64,000 bases of DNA from Trichomonas gallinae (taxonomy: Eukaryota). This document shows, piece after piece, positions 31,900-40,127 of this stretch. Where the stretch lies: positions 1 through 64,000 of the forward strand of contig MRSU01001394.1 of assembly GCA_008369845.1 (NCBI GenBank). The letters run 5' to 3'. The position numbers and the translations under genes are program-made. The number at the start of each line of letters is the position of its first letter. Position 1 is the first letter of the stretch. Under the pieces are notes generated by a model. It was not told where the DNA came from. It did no database searches and worked only from the letters and a program-made list of their open reading frames with translations.

Positions 31900-33306
31900 T
31901 TACAAGTCCATGTAGTCATCTAACTCATCGTGCAAAAAGTCGGTTAAACCTTGCCGTGAAAGTTCACCTTTATAAATATGTTTCTCGCCCTTGTCGTACA
32001 AAACAACACACGGGGTGAATTTGATGCTTGCACCAACAGAAATATCGTTCTCTGCAACATTAATCTTTGTGAATTTAACGCGCTGAAGATAATTTTGTGA
32101 AACATTCTCATAATGAGGCAAAAATGTTTGATATACATGATCCCATGGTTCATAGTATAAAACAAGTGATTTTTCATGAATGGTTTCATTCAATGTATCT
32201 GCATTAACTTCAAAAACTGGTCCTTTGTTATTTTCTGGTAGTTTTGATTTCTTAGTGCGTGCTTTTAGTTTTCCATCAAGATACTGCCCAAAGAAATTAG
32301 AAACATCTTCAATAGTCCATTCTGCTTCTTCATCATATAAATATTTCAATGGTTTCTTTGTTTCGTATTTAAGAATTGCAACACATGGATCAGCATAGCG
32401 ACTGAAGCCTATATTTTGCATGAATCTATTTCCTGTGACTGCATCAATCTGAGCGAAGTAAAGATCATCACCAAACAAAGGTGCCAGTTTAGCAATGAAC
32501 TGAATAGCTTCTTTCTTTGCGTCAATATCAACAGGAGTGAAGAAAAGCGCAACAGGTTTTCCGTCAACATAAGTTTTTTGATTATTTATATTGAAAGGAT
32601 GGAAGAATGGCTTTGTATTGTAACTAACCCATGAAACTATATCCTGTACTGTTGATTTTGTTAAAGAATCCGGATAAAATAATTTTTGATGATCAGCATT
32701 TCGATATAATACTAATGAAGGGATATCTTCGATCTCTAAATCAGCCGAAATCTCCTCATCTGGGCATAAGCCAAGTGAGATATTGTCTCTCATCTGATTG
32801 GCTGCTTGGTTGTATGTATCAAAAAGCTTTCCTTTCAATGAATTTGTATATAATACGAGTGTATTATCATGTTTTTCGATAAAATCTTGGGCTGTGACTA
32901 AGTCATCGAAAGTTGTAAATGGAATTCCTGTTTTAGACATTACGAAATCGATTAAAGCTTCTGATGTTGATGCTCCTGTATATTTATTAATCAAAATTCC
33001 ATATCTGAAGAAGAAATATGCCTTTTCTCCCTTGATAGAATGTGATTTTGTAAATTTATAATTCCTTTCGCCGTCCATTATAGCGAAAAAGCATCTTGTT
33101 CCGAGCACATTTGATGCTTTAACGAATTCGGATATCGTTAAAAATCGGTCATGTTTATCTGGTTCCGAATAAACCATCAGTAGACAAGCAGCTTTATCTT
33201 GCAGGGATTCTGTAAGATTGGCCTCATTCACGTATATGACATTGTCTTCGTAGTTCCCTGTCTTTCGCCTTGACGAGAAAACGAAGCAAAGAAAAGCAAA
33301 AAACAT
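31900..33306 (-). CDS. Protein disulfide isomerase-like multi-thioredoxin-fold protein lacking CxxC
   Basis: Signal peptide, a-b-b'-a' layout (YTGASTSEALIDF, GPVFEVNADT, LYYEPW), acidic C-terminal YMDL. Confidence 0.75.
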   Translation of the reverse strand: MFFAFLCFVFSSRRKTGNYEDNVIYVNEANLTESLQDKAACLLMVYSEPDKHDRFLTISEFVKASNVLGTRCFFAIMDGERNYKFTKSHSIKGEKAYFFFRYGILINKYTGASTSEALIDFVMSKTGIPFTTFDDLVTAQDFIEKHDNTLVLYTNSLKGKLFDTYNQAANQMRDNISLGLCPDEEISADLEIEDIPSLVLYRNADHQKLFYPDSLTKSTVQDIVSWVSYNTKPFFHPFNINNQKTYVDGKPVALFFTPVDIDAKKEAIQFIAKLAPLFGDDLYFAQIDAVTGNRFMQNIGFSRYADPCVAILKYETKKPLKYLYDEEAEWTIEDVSNFFGQYLDGKLKARTKKSKLPENNKGPVFEVNADTLNETIHEKSLVLYYEPWDHVYQTFLPHYENVSQNYLQRVKFTKINVAENDISVGASIKFTPCVVLYDKGEKHIYKGELSRQGLTDFLHDELDDYMDL

Positions 33307-33412
33307 TTTTGAAATTTTTCGTGAAATATCAAATACTCACATTCCATAAATCCTAAAAACAAAATATCAAAAAACTCCGGTGAAAATGATAAAAGGTGAC
33401 AGATTAAAAAAA

Positions 33413-34129
33413 ATGCGTGGTATGGGTGCTGTGCAGCAAAATTTAAACCGCTCGGAGTTTCTCGAGCGTGAGCGTAACCTCATAGAAAATACCAGAAACG
33501 AGGCTGCCAAAGAGCAAATGAGAATATTCAAGGAGGCACTTGAAAATTTCGCTGTGAACCACAAAAAGCAATTAAAAGAAGATCCAGAGTTCAGATCTAA
33601 TTTCAACAATATGTGCCTTCAACTGGGTGTTGATCCACTTCAGTCTAACAAAGGCTTCTGGTCATCGATTCTCGGTGTTGGCAACTTCTACCACGAACTT
33701 TCTATCAAAATGATCGACGTTTGCTTGAAACAGAAAAAGGCTAACGGTGGTATCCTCCCACTTGAGGATGTTCTGAAGCAAGTGCAGGCAACCTATAAGA
33801 AACCACCGAAAATGAACGAAAAGGATATCGAAACTGCTCTCAAAAATCTTAAAGTTCTCGGATCTGGATACTGCATCGTTCAAATCGGTAAAAAGAAATA
33901 TATGAAAACAACATCCTTCGATATTGATGAGGATCAGACAGCATTGCTTGCTTTAGCTGAAGGAAAAGGATACTTTACTCAGCAAGAAGCTAAGGGAATG
34001 TCAGATAAGCGCTTCGATGCCGCATTACAGACTTTACTTGATCAAGGATTTGTTTGGGTTGATATTTACAACGGAGAAAAGAAGTATTATGTTTGTGCGA
34101 TGTTCCCAGGCTTCAACCAAGAAGTCTAA
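33413..34129 (+). CDS. SNF8: ESCRT-II subunit Vps22/SNF8 (EAP30)
   Basis: FRSNFNNMCLQLGVDPL, KGFWSSILGVGNFYHEL, NGG and GFVWVD; start ATG 33413 (33386 possible). Confidence 0.93.
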   Translation: MRGMGAVQQNLNRSEFLERERNLIENTRNEAAKEQMRIFKEALENFAVNHKKQLKEDPEFRSNFNNMCLQLGVDPLQSNKGFWSSILGVGNFYHELSIKMIDVCLKQKKANGGILPLEDVLKQVQATYKKPPKMNEKDIETALKNLKVLGSGYCIVQIGKKKYMKTTSFDIDEDQTALLALAEGKGYFTQQEAKGMSDKRFDAALQTLLDQGFVWVDIYNGEKKYYVCAMFPGFNQEV

Positions 34130-34308
34130 ATGTTATATAATTTTATTGTTTAGAAATTCTGTAGTGCTTTAAAATTCACAACCTTTTGTTTATAAAATTA
34201 CGATCCTATAGTTTAAAATAGTCTAATTTCATTTAAATCGTATTAGATATCGCAGTTAAATCATTTAAATTGTTGTGTATGAATCAGATATACATGTTTT
34301 TATATAAG

Positions 34309-37182
34309 ATGGCTTTGAGTGAATTTCTCATTAATATTTTGACACGTAAAGTTCAATGTCAATTTATGGTGAATGATCTGAAACTCTACGAAAAAGACTT
34401 TTTTGAGCCATCGATTGTTCCACAGACAGAATATCTACAGAGTATTCTCCAGTTCTATGAGCAGAGGCAACTTTTCGAAATTGTTAGGCTCGCTTTGGGA
34501 AATTTTCCGGAAAACAAAATAAAAGTTGACAATGATAAGAAATTTGTTAAGCTTATGCAATGGATCAACCAAATAATTGCATTTACTATAACAGAAGAGG
34601 CGAAGTTCCTAGAAACTTTCGAAGAGAAAGAATATCATGCGAAAAATTTCTTCAAAAAATCGATTTCAATATACATCAGCATAATCGACAGACTCGAATA
34701 TCTACGAATTCCTACAATCGAAAAAAATTTCTTCATCCAAATAATAATTTTACAATTATCAAAAGCCTTCCATCACGAACAATTCCCTTTTCTCTTGAAT
34801 GACGTTATACAAGCACTAAAAGGATACCTATTTGTCGATAATACATGTAGGGATAAAACATTAGCAACAGTTTTAATTCAATTTTGTCTAGGCGGTGCGC
34901 AAAAGCTCAAAAATTCTAGTCATAGCGACAAAGTCACAGATTTAATAAATGTAATTGTAGATCTAATCGCATTAAAAGGATTTTGGAAAGTTGATGAGAT
35001 TATGTCATATCAAAGCAAAATACAAGAATTTTCTGCTATTAAGCAGTTTATTATTCCGAAATTTGACGAATGTTTCAGCAATTTTCTTTTTTCGGAATTT
35101 TCACAAAGCACAGGAGATGCTACAGAATCGAAAAGCTATTTTTCATCAGAATTATCCCCTGAATTATACTTCTTTAAATCTCTTATTGATGATTGTGGTG
35201 ATGATTTAATTAAAAGAGACGCTTTTTCGCATATCATCAAGAACTTAAAATATAGATCTGTCATTCCAAAAAGCGATATACACTCAGTAATCAAGAAATG
35301 GCCAACGAATTTTATCAAAGATCATTTCTTGAACTGGTATTCACGTGATATTAAGTTAATTGAAAATAATGTAATCAACAGTGATATATTCGATTTGATT
35401 TACTACGGGGTTGAAGAGATTGAAGACCATTTAAGAACATATGCTCAAGAAATCATTTTAATGATATTCCAAAAGTACCCAATCGCAATATTTAAGTCTC
35501 TTCATATCATTGGACGATTTCTTTTTAGTCAATTAGAATTTGCGATGAGTTTAAGCAAGCAATTTGCAGATTTGACTGAATCACTTCCATCAAACACTCA
35601 AAATCTTGGCTGGCTACTTGCTATTCTTAATATGCTCCTCGAACTCAACGCATTTAAGACAGAAGATAAAATCAGAGTGCTGAGAAAGATAGAATCATTC
35701 GAAATTCCACGAGAAAATATCCATTTGCATATGTCCAGAACATTCTTATTCTATTATGTTAGCCATGCTCAAATGTTTTTCGATTCTTTTACTAAAGTCT
35801 TAAGCAAATCAGATCCGAAAAACGTTTTTGAGGCGGACAGAACACTAGTAGAATTCTATTTGTCATTAGCTACACATGTTTCAAAAGAGCCGAATTTCAA
35901 ATCTGGATTCACACTCGACAAAAGCACGTGGAACACTTTGAATGATACTACGCAAGCTAGTCTTCTCATGATAGCAACATCAACGAACTACTTTGTTGAG
36001 AACGGTGACGATACTTGTGAGCTCCTCAAAATCATCGACGCAAAACTAGATCAAGCCTCGCGATCTGTAAACGCCGAGGAAAAAATTGCTGCATTGAACT
36101 TATTAAGAACAGCCATTCTATGTGGATCTGACTACTCACAATACGATGGCTCACTAGACAATGAAGAGTCAGAGCACTATATTACGTCTAAATATGTTGT
36201 TTCTATTGTTGGCAGAAACAAGCTGGTTATAAGACATCCACTCGGTGCAACTTCGTTTATGATATACGACAAGAGCGAGTCGAAAGCACCGGCACCAATA
36301 GAACTGCCTCCATTGAGCGAGTCACACAAGCCTGAGATCAAAAGCAGCATCGACTATAGCGACTTAGACGAAAACGATGCATTCACTCAAGAAATCCTCA
36401 AAATGAATTCTGTCTTCACTGATGTGACAGAATTCATTCCTTACCAGCAGCCACCTGAACCAGTCAATGAGAGCGATGTCTACAGCATGCTTGTTGACAT
36501 TGGTTTTCTAAACTATAGCCAGAACGAATACGTCAAGCGTCTGCCTGATGGAAAAACGATACAGATGCTTGATGAGTCGAAATTCCCAAGAGTAATAATG
36601 TGCGGAATCCTACAGATCGACCAGACTAACACCAAGACGAATATGTACCACTGCAAGAATACGAAGGCGCTGCAGAACTTGTTGAGTGACCTTTCGAACG
36701 GAAAACTTGGTACGTATTCTACTCCACTCTTCCAGTTTAATTACAATGCTCCATATGACTTAGACGAGTCCAAGAACCCAAAGAATGTCGTTGGAAACAG
36801 TTCCGTTGTACTTCTTCTCAACGAGGATGACAGTGTAATCGATATGAACACGGGAACAGAGAACAAAATGTTCCTGATCATGGTCAAACCTCGCGGCGAT
36901 TACTACGAATTAGAACTGATAAATACGAAAATAGACTTCTTCACTCCTTTCCCCAAAGACGGAAAGAAGTTCTTGCCATGGTTTGTCCACAAGTCCCACA
37001 TCGGGAGCTTCATCGCAATTCTCTGTCTCGCCCATCTCTGGAGAGACGAGAGCAAATTAAAAGTTTTCCTTGCGGAAATCAGAGATAGAGCGCTGAATAT
37101 ATTGGTTGTATTTAATAAGCCGAACATAACAAGTGGACTTTCCAGGTTTGCGCGGCTTAGAAACGAAAAACCAAATTTGTAA
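34309..37182 (+). CDS. Large protein with a possible divergent C-terminal Rap-GAP (RalGAP/tuberin-like) domain
   Basis: Helical N-terminus, IRHPLGA motif, CGILQIDQ..LQNLLSDL..VVGNSSVVLLLNE; start uncertain (34279/34309/34366). Confidence 0.6.
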   Translation: MALSEFLINILTRKVQCQFMVNDLKLYEKDFFEPSIVPQTEYLQSILQFYEQRQLFEIVRLALGNFPENKIKVDNDKKFVKLMQWINQIIAFTITEEAKFLETFEEKEYHAKNFFKKSISIYISIIDRLEYLRIPTIEKNFFIQIIILQLSKAFHHEQFPFLLNDVIQALKGYLFVDNTCRDKTLATVLIQFCLGGAQKLKNSSHSDKVTDLINVIVDLIALKGFWKVDEIMSYQSKIQEFSAIKQFIIPKFDECFSNFLFSEFSQSTGDATESKSYFSSELSPELYFFKSLIDDCGDDLIKRDAFSHIIKNLKYRSVIPKSDIHSVIKKWPTNFIKDHFLNWYSRDIKLIENNVINSDIFDLIYYGVEEIEDHLRTYAQEIILMIFQKYPIAIFKSLHIIGRFLFSQLEFAMSLSKQFADLTESLPSNTQNLGWLLAILNMLLELNAFKTEDKIRVLRKIESFEIPRENIHLHMSRTFLFYYVSHAQMFFDSFTKVLSKSDPKNVFEADRTLVEFYLSLATHVSKEPNFKSGFTLDKSTWNTLNDTTQASLLMIATSTNYFVENGDDTCELLKIIDAKLDQASRSVNAEEKIAALNLLRTAILCGSDYSQYDGSLDNEESEHYITSKYVVSIVGRNKLVIRHPLGATSFMIYDKSESKAPAPIELPPLSESHKPEIKSSIDYSDLDENDAFTQEILKMNSVFTDVTEFIPYQQPPEPVNESDVYSMLVDIGFLNYSQNEYVKRLPDGKTIQMLDESKFPRVIMCGILQIDQTNTKTNMYHCKNTKALQNLLSDLSNGKLGTYSTPLFQFNYNAPYDLDESKNPKNVVGNSSVVLLLNEDDSVIDMNTGTENKMFLIMVKPRGDYYELELINTKIDFFTPFPKDGKKFLPWFVHKSHIGSFIAILCLAHLWRDESKLKVFLAEIRDRALNILVVFNKPNITSGLSRFARLRNEKPNL

Positions 37183-37278
37183 TTTAAATTATATTTATTT
37201 CTTATTGTTCATAGTCTATTTCTTATATCAACAAATATGTGTATATATTAGATAGATGATTTAATATATAAAAACAAA

Positions 37279-37962
37279 TTAATTAACAAAATATTTTCTT
37301 TTGTCTTCTTCAGATGCGCATACATAGTTAACATCAACAAGTAGCTTAGGGTCATCGTCAACTTTCCCTTTAGATAAATATATCATTGCATCATAAATTT
37401 TACCCGCATTTTTGTGCAAAGCTAGGATTATCTGGATTTTAGAGTATTCTCCTTTGAAAAATTGGTAAATATGTTCAAGAATTCTATTGTTTTGTTCTCT
37501 TATATTTAAATGTGAATTTTCTTCTGATTTTTTAGTAGATGTTTCATCAGGATCAATTTCCTCTATATTTCCTTTATCAATATATTTATTTAATGTTTTC
37601 TGTTTTGGTCCATTTTTTTCTGGTTGAGGATCATTGACTGTTTTATGTTTTTTATTGGCTAAAAGACTTTCTCGTGGGCGTTCTTTTACATCACTGTCGT
37701 CAATTGGTGAATCCACTTCAGGATAATCATCATGATATTTTTCAACGTCTGCTGCAAAACTTTGTAACCTTTTTCTAGTTTCAGCAAGTAGTGATGAACG
37801 ATTATTTTGTTTTGAACCTGTATTTTGTTGGTTTAAATTATTATCTGACTGCTCTGATGCGTAATCAGAGACATCAGAAGAATAAGATGACACTACAATA
37901 GGTTCTGGCTGACGAGGAATCTCCAGGGATGTTTTGGAAACTTTTTCTCCCCGCGATTTCAT
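37279..37962 (-). CDS. Hypothetical protein, disordered N-terminus with C-terminal three-helix (UBA/Rap1-C-like) domain
   Basis: 227-aa ORF; IILALHKNAGKIYDAMIYLSKG motif; AAAAAGTGACA immediately upstream. Confidence 0.7.
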   Translation of the reverse strand: MKSRGEKVSKTSLEIPRQPEPIVVSSYSSDVSDYASEQSDNNLNQQNTGSKQNNRSSLLAETRKRLQSFAADVEKYHDDYPEVDSPIDDSDVKERPRESLLANKKHKTVNDPQPEKNGPKQKTLNKYIDKGNIEEIDPDETSTKKSEENSHLNIREQNNRILEHIYQFFKGEYSKIQIILALHKNAGKIYDAMIYLSKGKVDDDPKLLVDVNYVCASEEDKRKYFVN

Positions 37963-38006
37963 CCATTGTCACTTTTTACTTCCTCAACGATGTTGTTAAC
38001 TTTTGA

Positions 38007-38028
38007 TTTTTTTTTTTTTTTTTTTTTT
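38007..38028. repeat. T22 homopolymer in divergent intergenic region
   Basis: Directly visible. Confidence 0.9.
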
Positions 38029-38389
38029 GATATTGTCACTTTTTAATATTATGTTTTGCATCGAAAATTTCCTCAATACTGGAATTCCATGAATCTGTTT
38101 CTCTTTAAAACTATCCTCATTAGAATATAAGAATATATCTATATGGCATCATATCATAAATATATAATTTTTTTTAAATCAGAAAAATTCTCTATTCAAA
38201 CAAGCAAGACTATCTTCGCATTTTCCGAAAATGTATGTTTAGTTGGCTCATTGACTTCTATCAAGTCTGTTTGATTTCTGACTTCCGATTAATAATGAAA
38301 AAAAAAATGTTTGACTTGCTTTCAATTTTTCCAAGATCATTTCTATAACAATATGCAATGATATAAGGAGTAAAATTTTACTTTTTTTA

Positions 38390-38409
38390 TTTTTTTTTTT
38401 TTTTTTTTT
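38390..38409. repeat. T20 homopolymer in divergent intergenic region
   Basis: Directly visible. Confidence 0.9.
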
Positions 38410-38562
38410 CAATGAATTTTGCAAATCATATGTTGTTAACAACACATAGATCTTATTTTTGAAATAAAAAACATTCAAACATATAGTCAAAAAAAAAAAT
38501 TTGTAATGATGGCAAATAGGAAAAACTGTTATACCACAGGTTTGGATATAATAAGTTGCTGA

Positions 38563-39363
38563 ATGAAGTATAGCATCGTGACTGATGTGGATGGCAGTAT
38601 GCAGATCAGTAGCAAGAAAGCAATAGTTATTAACAAAGGAAAGTTTTATATAAAAATAAAACAGAACAGCGACTTATTTACTTTTGAAGACGTATTAGTG
38701 CAAGTAGAAATGCTGTCATACCTTAATTCAGTCATGCCAAATCTTTTTCCCCAATTACGATCACTTATTTATGATGAGAAAGAGATGTGCACAGAATATG
38801 AATATTATAATTCAGGATCGCTTTCAAAGGCAATGAAGAATGGATATATTAACAGTTTGACTGGATTAGAACGTTTGAAAATTGCTTTTGGAGTTGCAAA
38901 AGCAATAAAATTATCAACAATAAATATGATAAAATTTCCAGGTTTGAAGCCTTCAAACATCTTTCTTGACGAACTAAATGAACCACATATCATTTGGTTC
39001 TTCCAACAACAGCCATCCGCATCATTTTCTCATAATGATATATTGATTTCATTATCAAACATTATAACAAATCTGCTTGGTGGATTAGAATACAAATTGA
39101 AACCCTTAACTTCTTCCTCACCAAACGTTGATGAAATATTGAAAATGATTGTTGATTGCGTTGATCAACTGGATAATGAATCATATGAAACATTTCATCG
39201 CTATAGCAATCTAATCAATTCTAACATTCAGCCAAAGACTCACAATAGTTTAGATTGTTTGCTAATGTCGTGTGAAAGAGGTAACAAAGTTGCTGTAGAT
39301 TTTTTCAACTACTTGGTTGAAAATGAGTTCGTTTTTCAAGCAAATTCTAATGAAAACGCATAG
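38563..39363 (+). CDS. Degenerate TKL-like pseudokinase
   Basis: YEYYNSGSL, ERLKIAFGVAKAI and LKPSNIFLD present, but HRD is replaced by FPG and there is no DFG or APE. Confidence 0.65.
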   Translation: MKYSIVTDVDGSMQISSKKAIVINKGKFYIKIKQNSDLFTFEDVLVQVEMLSYLNSVMPNLFPQLRSLIYDEKEMCTEYEYYNSGSLSKAMKNGYINSLTGLERLKIAFGVAKAIKLSTINMIKFPGLKPSNIFLDELNEPHIIWFFQQQPSASFSHNDILISLSNIITNLLGGLEYKLKPLTSSSPNVDEILKMIVDCVDQLDNESYETFHRYSNLINSNIQPKTHNSLDCLLMSCERGNKVAVDFFNYLVENEFVFQANSNENA

Positions 39364-40127
39364 TATATACTTTATTGTCTGTTTCTGTAAAATCTAATAT
39401 AAATCAAAAATTTTATATGATAACTTACATAAATAGAGTGCATTATAATTGATCAATATGCGCGTCAATCTACATATATCATAATTGAGCAATATGAGTA
39501 GTTATAAATTACAAAAAAAAATTAAAATAATTATCATTATTTGTGAAACAGAAGTATTGATAAATAAGAACTCAAAACATATGTTTTTTTAAACGCATTT
39601 TTTGACTATAATTTACGGGCGTGACAGCAAAATAATGATGGAAAATAATTGAATATTTTTACAATGATCGACTTTTTTGTTTTCACATATTGATTAGCAT
39701 GTTTTTAACTGTTTCCCAATTGAAAGAGCGAGAAATGGTTTTGAATTGAAAATAATCGTATTCGGTAGAATAAAAAAATTGACCGAGTGAATCGTATTGA
39801 GTTTAAAATTTTGGTTTCCCTTGGTGTATAGCCTTATCATCAATAGGGAACTCGTTATTTCAGTCAAAGTCAGAAAAATTTTTAACCATGACATCCAGAA
39901 GAAATCTTCTAAGAAACAAGCACCTTATGGCGCTATCTTCCAAGCCCAGTCGGTGCCATTGTTAGATTTCAACTTTGACATTACCAGATAAAAATAGAAC
40001 AATGGTTTTTGCTGTTTTCATTGCATATTTCGTATATCCTTCGTGCTGTAAATCTGGATAATCGCATAATAAACAACTAAATCTGGACAGCAGAAATAAA
40101 ATTCTGGCACTTTTTTAAATCTTCAAA

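Noticed and set aside
36626..36637. ACTAACACCAAG resembling the trichomonad 3' splice motif
   Set aside because: Lies inside an uninterrupted ORF with no matching GTATGT donor nearby
38233..38449. Possible intron GTATGT...AACAACACATAG
   Set aside because: Branch site lacks CTAAC and splicing yields no sensible ORF
38505..38562. C/D snoRNA-like ATGATG...CTGA
   Set aside because: Imperfect box C, no terminal stem and no recognisable rRNA antisense element
39692..39701. GATTAGCATG resembling part of U6 snRNA
   Set aside because: No ACAGAGA box or downstream U6 stem
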